In this document: piece after piece, positions 9,268 to 18,836 of the stretch
Layout of the letters: each line of letters opens with the position of its first letter
How positions within the stretch are numbered: the first letter of the stretch is position 1
Virus record (IMG/VR): IMGVR_UViG_3300012953_000088
Span: 1-35,885 of that record
Origin: a virus
Lineage: Duplodnaviria; Caudoviricetes
Direction: 5' to 3' (one strand)
DNA: 35,885 nucleotides
Program-made: the position numbers and the translations under genes
Notes under the pieces: generated by a model
The model's input: only the letters and a program-made list of their open reading frames with translations
Database searches by the model: none
What the model was told of the DNA's origin: nothing

Positions 9268-9681
9268 ATGGCTAAAGTCGCTTCCAAAGGGACAGTGCTG
9301 CAGCAAGAAATCTCATCCACCTTCACTGCCGTCGCGCAATTGACGGAGTTAAGCTATTCAGGTGGAGAATCTGAAACTTTTGACACAACTTGTCTGGATT
9401 CTGGAGTGGGTAAGACCCTCGGCCAAACCGGATACAGCGAAGCGGGAGAGGTCTCACTGGGCGGGTTTTACGATCCAGCTTTGGCAGGGCATCAAGCAAT
9501 TTCAGACCTTGTGTCAACTCCAGCTGATAACAACTGGAAAATCATCTTTGCTGATTCTGGCACTACTGCCATGACTTTCACTTCCGCTGGTGTTTCATGG
9601 GAAGTCACTGCCGCGATGTCTGATGGTTTGAAATTTTCTTCAACTCTGAAATGTGATGGGCTGCCAGTCTATCCTACCTAA
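9268..9681 (+). CDS. Major tail tube protein
   Basis: 137 aa; ETFDTTCLDS...G.SEAGEVSL and C-terminal G.P typical of siphovirus tail tube proteins. Confidence 0.8.
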   Translation: MAKVASKGTVLQQEISSTFTAVAQLTELSYSGGESETFDTTCLDSGVGKTLGQTGYSEAGEVSLGGFYDPALAGHQAISDLVSTPADNNWKIIFADSGTTAMTFTSAGVSWEVTAAMSDGLKFSSTLKCDGLPVYPT

Positions 9682-9697
9682 TAAGAGGTGACGCCAC

Positions 9698-10006
9698 ATG
9701 AAATGCAAACTGCTGTATACGATGGAGGCTGGTCCTACGGCTCCAGACTCTATCTGCTTCGTCGAAAACGGTAATCGGTTTATTAAAGAAGGCACGGAGC
9801 TTGAGCATGCCGATGCATACAAGCTGGTTCACGCTGGACATGCTGAATGCATAGACGAGGAATGCAGAACAAGACTTGCAGAACTTGATCCCGGTCAGCA
9901 AGGTGTTTTGCGGCAAGTTCACAATCGAATTATGGCTGAACAGCAAGAGTTCTTAGACGAACTCGAAGCAGAAGAAGCCGAGGAGGATGACGAGGACGAC
10001 GAATAA
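9698..10006 (+). CDS. Hypothetical acidic protein in the tail operon
   Basis: GAGGTG RBS; 102 aa with E/D-rich C-terminus. Confidence 0.6.
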   Translation: MKCKLLYTMEAGPTAPDSICFVENGNRFIKEGTELEHADAYKLVHAGHAECIDEECRTRLAELDPGQQGVLRQVHNRIMAEQQEFLDELEAEEAEEDDEDDE

Positions 10007-10067
10007 GATTGTGAAAGCTTAGGACTTAACTCGCTCGCCAGCGAATTCGTTAAGAAAGCGAAACGAC

Positions 10068-10448
10068 GTGACACTTACTCGTGAGCAATTACTGAAGCCT
10101 GTTGACATCCCACGCGAAAAGGTTGAACTGCCTGAGTTGGGCGGATCAATCTGGATACGTGGGATGTCTGCTGCTGACAGGTCAAAGTTTGAAAACAATT
10201 TTCAAACAGCGTCTGGCAAAAGCAACAAAAGAAAAATGGCTGAAGTCAGGGAACGATTGCTGGTAGCATGTTGCTGCACTGAAGACGGTTCGCCGATGCT
10301 GACTGAAAAGGATATTCAGGCACTTGGCAAGCAGCCTATTCACTTAGTTGAGCGAATGGTCAATGTCGCTCAACGATTATGTGGGATGTCGAACGACGAT
10401 GTGGAACAGATAGCAAAAAACTCAGAAGAGATCGGCGAGGTCAGTTAG
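10068..10448 (+). CDS. Tail assembly chaperone (gpG-like)
   Basis: LTREQLL...ELPELGGSIWIRGMSAADR pattern; ends in slippery heptamer A AAA AAC at 10415-10421. Confidence 0.8.
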   Translation: MTLTREQLLKPVDIPREKVELPELGGSIWIRGMSAADRSKFENNFQTASGKSNKRKMAEVRERLLVACCCTEDGSPMLTEKDIQALGKQPIHLVERMVNVAQRLCGMSNDDVEQIAKNSEEIGEVS

Positions 10449-10744
10449 GCAATGAACTTGCCAGACTTATCGGGAGCCTGCATCCAGAGGAAGTGATGCA
10501 GGCTTTGACTCACGATGAGTTTTGCAGGCTGGATGCTTATGATCGAGTCATGCCGATTGATCATTCGCAGCGTATGCTTGGGTTTATAGCCTACATGATC
10601 GGAAAGTACTTAGAGATGGATTTAGGAAGTGATGAAGCTTTGAGAGAAATCTGCATGCCATGGCTGCCAGAGGAAAAAGCAGATTCCTCTAAAGCTATCG
10701 CCGCCTTATCTCCAATCGCCCAACCAGTGAGACCAGCAGAATGA
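10421..10744 (+). CDS. gpT-like extension read by -1 frameshift (gpGT)
   Basis: Open -1 frame (ORF 10379..10744) overlapping the slippery site and ending at the tape measure start. Confidence 0.75.
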   Translation, partial: LRRDRRGQLGNELARLIGSLHPEEVMQALTHDEFCRLDAYDRVMPIDHSQRMLGFIAYMIGKYLEMDLGSDEALREICMPWLPEEKADSSKAIAALSPIAQPVRPAE

Positions 10745-12774
10745 GTGCCGCCGGAAATCTTGTTATTAACATGATGGGTAACACTCAGCACCTCGCTAAG
10801 TCGTTATCTAAAGGGCAGGTTATGATCCGCTCTTTTGCGAAAGGCGGAACTGCAAGCTTAACTAGGTTTGGAGGCAGGTCCGGTAAAATCTTTGGAGCCA
10901 TTGGCGCGTCAGCCAAAAAAATGGGTTCAATGGTTAAGTCTGCGGGCATGATGATGGCACAGGCTGCTATTGTGGGCACAGGGTTCGCGATAGCCAAGAC
11001 CATTGAATACGACGACGCTTTGCGGTCAGCAGGAGCAAAGTCACGAGCAACTGAAAAAGGGCTGGCAGACCTCGATAATCGCGCAAAGATGCTGGGCAGA
11101 ACAACCTCGTTCACGGCGACTCAGGTCGTCACATTGATGGAGGAACTCGGCAAAGGTGGATTTAAAGTTCCGGAGATTATGGATGTCACCGATGACGTGA
11201 TGAATCTTGCTCGAGCGACGGGAACTGAAGGTGCAATGGCCGCGAAATTGATGGCAACATCAATGCGAGTCTTTGGTCTGGAAGCGAGTGAAGCCGGTCG
11301 GGTTGCTGATGTCTTCACTGCTGTTTCAACTCGAACGCTGACTACAGTTGAAGAACTGGCTGAAGGTTGGAAGTTTGCAGCAAAGCCAGCAAAAGACCTT
11401 GGCATGTCAATCGAAGAGACTGCCGCGATGATGGGGACACTGGCCCAAATGGGCCTCAAAGGTTCCATCGCCGGAACAGCCATTCGCCGGCTGGCAACAA
11501 TATCCGCATCTCAAGCGGACAAGATGCAGAAGAAGTTTGGAATTGCTTTTAAAGATTCCGCTGGTGCTGCCCGCCCGTTAATTGATGTGATGGCAGACAT
11601 CTCAAACGCAACATCGCGGCTGGGATCTGCTGACCGGATGCAAGAGTTTTACGAAGCTTTTGGGCTGCGTGGAGTGACGGCAGTAGGTGGATTAGCTGAC
11701 AACGTCGTTCAGACCGATGCTCTAGTGGCTGCACTTGAGGGAGCTGGTGGAGAAGCTAAGCGTGTTTCTGAGGAAATGGACGCTGGGATCGGCGGCAGTT
11801 GGCGAAGGTTTAAATCGGCCATTGAAGGCATCGCGTTGATGTTTGGTGAGATGTTGACTCCAAGCGTGGTTGGAGCGATGGAGTCAATGAAAGAAACAAT
11901 CAATGGATGGACTGAATGGCTAAAAGAAAACTGGACTTCTGTGACTAACAGGATTGCCGAATTGTGGCTGATGGCGATGACATACATTGAATTTACATGG
12001 AACAACATGGGAACTTTGTTTCAGATTGTTATTGAGACAATTGCATTAGCCGCTGTGTCGTTTGCAAACAAAGTTGTTTATTTCTTTACAGAAATGATTC
12101 CTGCTGCTGTGATGTGGTTTGGGGAGAACTTCCACGGGATTATTTTCAACAGTATCGAAACAGTGCTCACGCTTTTCATTAATCTTGGCAAAAACGTCCG
12201 TGCCGTATGGACAGCGATTACAGGCTTTATTTCAGGTGAAGGGTGGAACCTTGACTTAACCCCGCTTTTTGACGACCTAAATACTGTTGCTCTAACAACC
12301 TTAGATATTCCAGAAAGAGTAAAAGGGGACATTGAACAAGGTCTGGAACAGTCTTTAGGTGCTTTAATAAATGCCACAGAAAATTCTCTCGACACCATGA
12401 TGTCAGATCGGCTCGCAACACTTCACCAAATGCAGGCTGAAGCGGCTGCTAAAAAGTTAGATGATACGCAGCCGGAGGATCCTGTCGGTAAAGTACGAAC
12501 TGCAAGTGAAGGCGGTCCTGCTGGCCCTAGCGGCACATCAACTGCTTCAGTAGCTGGTGCTCAGATGAGAGGATCGGCGGAAGCAATGATGACGATCCTG
12601 AACTCTGCCGGTGCTCAGACAGATGAAATGCAGTTGAAAGTTCAGAAGAAGTTACTGAAAGAACAGACAGCAGCCCGGAAGATTGCAGAAGAACAAGAGA
12701 AGCGTGCTCGCAGGATTGAAGCGGAGCGCGAACGAAACAACGGGCAATACCTAGTAATCGCAGGTGCTCCCTAA
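10741..12774 (+). CDS. Tail tape measure protein (TP901-like core)
   Basis: GRTTSFTATQV, LARAT, ADVF and GLKGSIAGT motifs, aromatic periodic region, position after the chaperones. Confidence 0.9.
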   Translation: MSAAGNLVINMMGNTQHLAKSLSKGQVMIRSFAKGGTASLTRFGGRSGKIFGAIGASAKKMGSMVKSAGMMMAQAAIVGTGFAIAKTIEYDDALRSAGAKSRATEKGLADLDNRAKMLGRTTSFTATQVVTLMEELGKGGFKVPEIMDVTDDVMNLARATGTEGAMAAKLMATSMRVFGLEASEAGRVADVFTAVSTRTLTTVEELAEGWKFAAKPAKDLGMSIEETAAMMGTLAQMGLKGSIAGTAIRRLATISASQADKMQKKFGIAFKDSAGAARPLIDVMADISNATSRLGSADRMQEFYEAFGLRGVTAVGGLADNVVQTDALVAALEGAGGEAKRVSEEMDAGIGGSWRRFKSAIEGIALMFGEMLTPSVVGAMESMKETINGWTEWLKENWTSVTNRIAELWLMAMTYIEFTWNNMGTLFQIVIETIALAAVSFANKVVYFFTEMIPAAVMWFGENFHGIIFNSIETVLTLFINLGKNVRAVWTAITGFISGEGWNLDLTPLFDDLNTVALTTLDIPERVKGDIEQGLEQSLGALINATENSLDTMMSDRLATLHQMQAEAAAKKLDDTQPEDPVGKVRTASEGGPAGPSGTSTASVAGAQMRGSAEAMMTILNSAGAQTDEMQLKVQKKLLKEQTAARKIAEEQEKRARRIEAERERNNGQYLVIAGAP

Positions 12775-13640
12775 TGACAGTAACTTTCCACGGTGAAGAC
12801 TACTCTGCTCGGTCTGGTCAAAATGATACGGGGACGCGAAGTTATACTCGTGTCTTTAAGCTTGAGACTTCGTTGAAAACCGAAGACGTTTTTGATGTCG
12901 GGTCTCATGCGAGTCTGCCGGTGATTGGGAGCGTGTACCCTCGAGATCCCTATGCCTACTGCACCTCATTATCTGTTGCGTGCGTAGGCGGATGGAAGCA
13001 ATGGACCGTCACAGCTCAATATAAAGTAACCACTGGCGAAGAAAACGAGCCGCCGGAAGCAGATCCAGAAGACGATCCCCCCGTTGTTACGTTTTCGAGT
13101 GAGATCTATCAAGAGCCTGTGTTTCGGGATATCGACGACAAAGGGATCATGAATTCAGCAGGTGACTATTTTGCTGACCCGTCACCAATGCGGGATGCTG
13201 CTCACTTAATAATTAAAGTAAAACGAAACTATAAAACCGCACCTGCATTCTGCTTGTCGTATCAGAACTCAATTAACGCAAGTGCATTTACAATTGCAGG
13301 CTTGACGATTGCGAAGCAGTTAGCCCGCATATCACGATTTGAACTTTCTGAAGTTAAGCTGCGAGGCAGCTATCAATACCGAGAGTTGTCTTTTGAGTTG
13401 CATGTACATCGAGATGGGTGGAGACCTCAGATTCTTGATGCAGGGCTAATGCAAAAAGATCCCGATGACGCCAATAAAAGAATCCCCTGTGTAGATGCAG
13501 ATGGTGAAAAGGTGACTTCGCCGGTAGCGTTAGACGGGTCTGGTTCGCAATTATCTAACCCCTCACCAAACACAGCACACTTCAAAGAGTTTCAGATCTA
13601 CCCAGAAGTTGACTTTTCTGTTTTGCCGGGGGTTAGCTGA
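12774..13640 (+). CDS. Putative distal tail/hub protein
   Basis: 288 aa beta-rich protein directly after the tape measure (TAATG overlap); function inferred from position. Confidence 0.55.
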   Translation: MTVTFHGEDYSARSGQNDTGTRSYTRVFKLETSLKTEDVFDVGSHASLPVIGSVYPRDPYAYCTSLSVACVGGWKQWTVTAQYKVTTGEENEPPEADPEDDPPVVTFSSEIYQEPVFRDIDDKGIMNSAGDYFADPSPMRDAAHLIIKVKRNYKTAPAFCLSYQNSINASAFTIAGLTIAKQLARISRFELSEVKLRGSYQYRELSFELHVHRDGWRPQILDAGLMQKDPDDANKRIPCVDADGEKVTSPVALDGSGSQLSNPSPNTAHFKEFQIYPEVDFSVLPGVS

Positions 13641-14017
13641 TGCCGGTAGTCTTTACGGAAGAGATGGCCGAGTTGATTAAAGACACTGTGCGTGCTCACA
13701 TGCGAACACGTAACAGCACTGAGTCGTCGAATGGGCAGCGGGGGACACCAGCTGTTCCCTCACATTGGGCGATTTGCAACGCTGATATTTCAGGACCAAG
13801 CGATGGGGTGACAGCTCCTACAACCGGAGAGGTTGAGATATTAACAAGAAACCGCAACTCGAATGCTCTGGAACGATCTGACAGAAAAAAGACCCTGACG
13901 CATCGGTATGAAGGCATTGATCTGGTTAAGGATATGCTGATTCGGATTAAGCATATTAATGGCGAGTGGATGCTGGAAGCCGCTGATTGTGAAGCATTAG
14001 GAAGTCCCCCGGCATGA
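13640..14017 (+). CDS. Hypothetical tail-region protein
   Basis: Translationally coupled ORF (TGATG overlap). Confidence 0.55.
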   Translation: MPVVFTEEMAELIKDTVRAHMRTRNSTESSNGQRGTPAVPSHWAICNADISGPSDGVTAPTTGEVEILTRNRNSNALERSDRKKTLTHRYEGIDLVKDMLIRIKHINGEWMLEAADCEALGSPPA

Positions 14018-14334
14018 ACGAATCACTTAATGAAATGTCAAATTCGCCGCTCGGCCAGACAGCTGTTGGCTGGGTTCTTGGGGTCATCCTGATTTTTGGA
14101 ATGGCAATCATCTGGATGTATTTTCATAAGATTGTGATTCCCTCGCAGCGACAAGAGTTGGCGATTAGGCAGACAAAAACAAACTCAGATATGGAAACGC
14201 AGAAGAAGATTGCTGACGCGACCACTGCTATCAGTATGGTTGTAAGCTCGATCGACAAACGACTAACCGAACAAGGGGACAAACTTAATGATCATGGTGA
14301 GAAGTTAAATCAGTTGCTGAAGAACTCAGCGTAG
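14014..14334 (+). CDS. Single-TM coiled-coil membrane protein (holin-like candidate)
   Basis: Hydrophobic AVGWVLGVILIFGMAIIWMYF segment followed by a heptad-like tail. Confidence 0.5.
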   Translation: MNESLNEMSNSPLGQTAVGWVLGVILIFGMAIIWMYFHKIVIPSQRQELAIRQTKTNSDMETQKKIADATTAISMVVSSIDKRLTEQGDKLNDHGEKLNQLLKNSA

Positions 14335-14336
14335 CC

Positions 14337-14555
14337 ATGCATCCGCTTCGCAAAGCGTTTGGGTGCTTGCTTTATGCAGGTCTGGCTGTGTTTGTTGTCT
14401 GTTATGTTGTTTATACATATTACGGTGAACAGGTGATTCGCAAATTCCTTCATCAGAATTGGGACAAGTCAATCAAAGTGGACTGGGATTCATTACCATT
14501 AAGCGACGAAGAGTTGCACAGATATCAAGAGGGGATTCAGGCTGATGATGACTGA
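14337..14555 (+). CDS. Small membrane protein
   Basis: N-terminal TM segment (LLYAGLAVFVVCYVVY). Confidence 0.5.
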   Translation: MHPLRKAFGCLLYAGLAVFVVCYVVYTYYGEQVIRKFLHQNWDKSIKVDWDSLPLSDEELHRYQEGIQADDD

Positions 14556-15096
14556 CAATAAATTGTATTTTTTGATCAAAGACACGCCCGCAGTTGCCGA
14601 ACACATCGGTGACAACGCAGCAGTCGTCGCAGCGCTCAACGAACAGAGCGAGCCACAAACAGACACTACCCGAAGAGACAGCAATTGGGTTACCAACAAC
14701 CTTACAGCCGCAGAGGCTGATGCGGTGCTTGGTAGCCTGCAGCAATCGACCAGCCCTCGCGTGATTGCGGCGAACGCAATGCTCGCTGGGGCTGGTATTG
14801 ATCTGAGCAACCCAACAGTTCAGGCACTCGTGCCGCAGATTGCTGCCGCTGATGAATGGCCAGATGGACTGGCGGAAAAGATTCTAGAAAGCGGAGTGTG
14901 GAGTGAGTCGGTCTACGAATCGAAAAATGGGCGTGGCTCAGTTTGCACGTTGGAGCAGGTTGAGGCCGCGCTGCGTTGGCACGAAATTCACCAGCGACTT
15001 GCGGACAAATACAATGAGGCGCGCGGGCTGATTGATGCTGATAGTGGTAACACTGTGACGTGGGATGATGTTGCAGCGATATTGACGCAGGACTAA
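14545..15096 (+). CDS. Hypothetical protein
   Basis: 183 aa ORF overlapping its upstream neighbour, natural composition. Confidence 0.55.
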   Translation: MMTDNKLYFLIKDTPAVAEHIGDNAAVVAALNEQSEPQTDTTRRDSNWVTNNLTAAEADAVLGSLQQSTSPRVIAANAMLAGAGIDLSNPTVQALVPQIAAADEWPDGLAEKILESGVWSESVYESKNGRGSVCTLEQVEAALRWHEIHQRLADKYNEARGLIDADSGNTVTWDDVAAILTQD

Positions 15097-15098
15097 GC

Positions 15099-15662
15099 AT
15101 GCCAAGTCTAGTCAGATACACAACGAGTACGATCAGTGACTACAGCAACGTATGGAGTTTCATGACTCGCAGTGGCACGTACACAGACGAGGGAAGCAGT
15201 TGGGGTGGTAGTCAGGTTGCGGTGCAGCCGAACAGCCCTACAACGCAGGACTCGTCGTATGGCTCAATTTCGGTCTACAACAGTGGTGCAATTCTCGAAA
15301 TGAATTGTCAGGCAATTCCTGCCACGGCCTACGGCACGATCAACTCAATTAATTTGTGGGCGCATACCAGCGATGACGATCTGGAGGAGTGTTCAGTGCG
15401 AGTTGGCGGGACGTGGAATACAAACAACACTGGTAAGGATGCGTCGGCGGATGAGTGGGACCGGTTTGATTTCGTACCATCAACGACTGATATGTCCGGC
15501 GGCCTGACCCTGGCAGTCAGGTTGCTCGGTTCGAGCAATGAAGATTTTTATTCGGCAGGGGGCTACGTCGTGATCAATTACACCGTTACGCCGCCACCGG
15601 CCAGCGGCAAGTTGCTGCCGATGATCACGAGCGCTTATCAAGACGACACAACAGAATTTTAG
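15099..15662 (+). CDS. Putative tail-associated beta-sandwich protein
   Basis: Ser/Thr/Gly-rich 187 aa ORF directly before the large fibre-like gene. Confidence 0.5.
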   Translation: MPSLVRYTTSTISDYSNVWSFMTRSGTYTDEGSSWGGSQVAVQPNSPTTQDSSYGSISVYNSGAILEMNCQAIPATAYGTINSINLWAHTSDDDLEECSVRVGGTWNTNNTGKDASADEWDRFDFVPSTTDMSGGLTLAVRLLGSSNEDFYSAGGYVVINYTVTPPPASGKLLPMITSAYQDDTTEF

Positions 15663-15674
15663 GGAATAGGAATC

Positions 15675-18572
15675 ATGGCTCGACCACGACTCAAGGGCGC
15701 GACTGATCAGAGCGTGACCATCTACATAGTAGACGACACTGATGGCACGCCGGAAGAGGGTGTGGTTTTCAACTCGGCAGGGATAGCTATTTGGTATCGT
15801 CGCGAGGGTGCCGCCAAAGTCGCACTAACTTTGGTCACTCTCGCATCAGCGAGTGCAGCGCACACTGACAGCGGCTTCCTTCATATCGACGATGGGGTCT
15901 ATCGGCTTGATCTGCCAGATGCCGCTTTCGCCACTGGTGCCGGTGAAGTGACGATTGGTGGAACGGTTGCGACTGGCATGATTGTATTACCTCAGACGAT
16001 CGCCCTAGTGGATTATGATAATCAAGACGCAGTCAGGTTGGGGATAACATCGCTTCCCAATGCGGCTGCCGATGCCGCTGGTGGCCTAGCAATATCCGAT
16101 GCTGGCGGGTTAGATCTAGATGCAATATTAGCAGACACTAACGAGCTTCAGTCTGATGATGTGCCGACGTTGATTGCAGCACTCGACACTGTTGTAGATC
16201 GAGTCGAAGCAGATACACAATCAATTGAAGCGAAAATCGACGCGCTCAATGACCTGTCAGCAGCAGACGTGAACACTCAAGCAGATTTAGCGCTCAGTGA
16301 TATTCGGCTGGATGAACTGTTTACAGTTGCCTTGGCGTCACAACCTACCGCTGGCAGCCTGTTAGCTGACCTCACCGAAGACGACGGCGGAACTCAGCGA
16401 TTCGTGGCTAATGCGTTGGAAGAAGCACCGAGCGGCAGTGGAAGTGGTCTGAATGCGGCAGAGACTCGGGCAGCACTTGGGCTAGCGTCAGCAAATCTCG
16501 ATACTCAGTTAAGCACAATCGATTCTGAAATCGGGGTCATTGACGGCATCGTTGACGATATTCTCGAAGACACCGGGACGACGATCCCAGCGACGCTTAC
16601 GACGATCGATTCTGAAATCGGGGTCATCGACGGCATCGTTGATGATATCCTCGAAGACACCGGGACGACGATCCCAGCGACGCTTACGACGATCGATTCT
16701 GAAATCGGGGTCATCGACGGCATCGTTGATGATATCCTTGAAGACACTGCAGAGATAGGCACTGCTGGTGCAGGCTTGACGGATGTCACGCTCAACGCAG
16801 CCTCGGTTGATTTAATCTGGAATGAAACTGCATCAGGGCATACGTCAGCCGGCACATTCGGCAAATACCTCGATGCACAAGTCAGCGCAGTCACGAGCGC
16901 GTCAGCACCAAACCTGTTGCTAACAACAACAATCAATGCGGTGACTGACAATCAAAACTTTACGCTCGTTGCAGGCCCGCCAGACAACGATGTACTCAAT
17001 GGTCACATGATGAAAATCACCGACCAAACAACAGGCACTCAGTTCGCTACGGCACGAGTCGCGGATTATACCGCCAGCGGTTTTGACGTTGATCTGGAAA
17101 CCTCGCCAGGGTTCACCGTGGCCGCAGGTGATATCGTTGAAGTATTCGCGAGTCCTAATCGCATTGCTCTGGTTGATGTCGTCACAACAAACAGTGATAT
17201 GATTAGCGCTGCAAGCGTAAACGCTGAAGTTGACACAGCGCTCGCAGATTATGACTCGCCGACTCTCACGGAACTACAAACTGAATTGGCTGCGCTGAAT
17301 AACGTATCAACGACGCAGGTGCGAACGCAGATGGATACTGCTCTAACAGACATCCATCTCGATCACTTATTCGCAACAGACTACAACCCAGCAGTCAAGC
17401 CGGGAGTTGCAACCAGTTGGGCGAATGAAGTAGTCGTCAGCGATGGTGGCGTTACCCAGTTCTCGGCAAACGCTTTGGAACTTGGACCGTCCGGCGGTGG
17501 CAGTGGCAGTGACTCAATGCTGCTGCAATCGACGACGATTGCAACGCTTGCTAGTCAGACATCATGGACGTTGACTGCCGGTTCTGCCGATAACGATGTG
17601 TTCAATGATCGCCTGTGTATCATTACTGACCAGACAACGGCAACGCAGAAATGTGTTGTCCGGATTACGGATTACGTTGGATCATCAAAAACTGTGACAT
17701 GCAGCACTCCCGGCTTTACTATCGCAACAGGTGATACTGTTGAGATCTTGGCAATCACTGCTCTCACAGAAAGTGAAGTCAACGCTCAAGCTGACTTAGC
17801 TTTGACCAACATAGGTCTGGATCATCTGGTCTCTGCGTCAGTCGCCGGATCCGACGTGACCGACAACTCGATTGTCGGCCAGATGGTAGCTGCAGACGGT
17901 GACTGGGATTCATTCGCTAAAGCGACCGACAGCTTGGATGCCATCGGCAGTACTATCGCAGGGACTGCCGGGGCTGGGGCTTACACCGTTACGATTAACG
18001 TGAAAGACACTGAAAGTTCTCCTGCGAATCTGGAGAATGTTGCAGTACGTTTAACCGAAGGCGCAAACGTCTTCGTGGCACAGACCAACGCATCTGGCAA
18101 CGCAGTCTTTGCTCTTGATGCCGCCACTTACTCCTACGCTTTAACAAAAACAGGATACTCCGGCGAGACAGGGACGACTGTCGTCACAGGAACCGGATCA
18201 TTTAGCTACGACATCGCGCTGAACGCGATCACTCCAAGCTCCGGCTCACTTACCTCAACCGGTGTTATGGTGGTACGCGATGAAAACTATGCTCTGGAGC
18301 AGTCAATCGTTATCAGTCTGCAATTAACTGCTGGTCCCGGCACTGCGGGTGAGGCGTTAGACACGGCGATCCGATCGCAGACATCAGACTCGTCCGGGGA
18401 AGTTCAGTTTACCAATCTGATCCGGGGGGCCACTTATAACGTATGGCGAGGCACGGCATCGACGACAAGTGTCTTTGGTTCTGCTGCGACTTCCGGGGCA
18501 AAGATTAGTTTTGTAGTTCCAGATTCCGGGTCATTCAACCTGCCTGAACTTTTGGGAGTTGACCCGGACTAA
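15675..18572 (+). CDS. Large tail fibre/adhesin-like virion protein
   Basis: 965 aa, A/T/D/G-rich; 29-aa tandem repeats, duplicated DND...ITDQTT domains, C-terminal Ig/carboxypeptidase-regulatory-like domains (TNASGNAVF, SDSSGEVQF). Confidence 0.7.
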   Translation: MARPRLKGATDQSVTIYIVDDTDGTPEEGVVFNSAGIAIWYRREGAAKVALTLVTLASASAAHTDSGFLHIDDGVYRLDLPDAAFATGAGEVTIGGTVATGMIVLPQTIALVDYDNQDAVRLGITSLPNAAADAAGGLAISDAGGLDLDAILADTNELQSDDVPTLIAALDTVVDRVEADTQSIEAKIDALNDLSAADVNTQADLALSDIRLDELFTVALASQPTAGSLLADLTEDDGGTQRFVANALEEAPSGSGSGLNAAETRAALGLASANLDTQLSTIDSEIGVIDGIVDDILEDTGTTIPATLTTIDSEIGVIDGIVDDILEDTGTTIPATLTTIDSEIGVIDGIVDDILEDTAEIGTAGAGLTDVTLNAASVDLIWNETASGHTSAGTFGKYLDAQVSAVTSASAPNLLLTTTINAVTDNQNFTLVAGPPDNDVLNGHMMKITDQTTGTQFATARVADYTASGFDVDLETSPGFTVAAGDIVEVFASPNRIALVDVVTTNSDMISAASVNAEVDTALADYDSPTLTELQTELAALNNVSTTQVRTQMDTALTDIHLDHLFATDYNPAVKPGVATSWANEVVVSDGGVTQFSANALELGPSGGGSGSDSMLLQSTTIATLASQTSWTLTAGSADNDVFNDRLCIITDQTTATQKCVVRITDYVGSSKTVTCSTPGFTIATGDTVEILAITALTESEVNAQADLALTNIGLDHLVSASVAGSDVTDNSIVGQMVAADGDWDSFAKATDSLDAIGSTIAGTAGAGAYTVTINVKDTESSPANLENVAVRLTEGANVFVAQTNASGNAVFALDAATYSYALTKTGYSGETGTTVVTGTGSFSYDIALNAITPSSGSLTSTGVMVVRDENYALEQSIVISLQLTAGPGTAGEALDTAIRSQTSDSSGEVQFTNLIRGATYNVWRGTASTTSVFGSAATSGAKISFVVPDSGSFNLPELLGVDPD
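16518..16748 (+). repeat. 87-bp coding tandem repeat (~2.7 copies)
   Basis: Units start at 16518, 16605, 16692 and encode IDSEIGVIDGIVDDILEDTGTTIPATLTT. Confidence 0.95.
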
Positions 18573-18605
18573 CTGGCTGAACATCGACTGAACTGGAGGC
18601 CAACT

Positions 18606-18836
18606 ATGGCAAAAAAACCAAACATCGACGACCTATTGGAAAGGAAATCCAAGCGACATTTAAACTGGTTTGACAAGCTCAGTGATGCTGACAAAAGCCT
18701 TGCGTTGGAGGCCCGGAAGTGTATTCATGAACAAGGGCTAGAGGTGTTGCCTTTAGCCAAGAACTTCGTTAAGCGGTTTAATCTGAAAGTTTCTCCGTAC
18801 ACGGTGGCGACTTGGATTCGGTCGCATGACAAGTGA
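18606..18836 (+). CDS. Small putative DNA-binding protein
   Basis: GGAGG RBS; C-terminal VSPYTVATWIR resembles an HTH recognition helix. Confidence 0.5.
   Translation: MAKKPNIDDLLERKSKRHLNWFDKLSDADKSLALEARKCIHEQGLEVLPLAKNFVKRFNLKVSPYTVATWIRSHDK

Noticed and set aside
16518-16748. Diversity-generating retroelement TR/VR pair
   Set aside because: Repeats are tandem and in-frame with synonymous C/T differences, not adenine-specific; no reverse transcriptase
1090-18572. Gene transfer agent
   Set aside because: The element carries its own replication, recombination and origin modules, consistent with an autonomous phage
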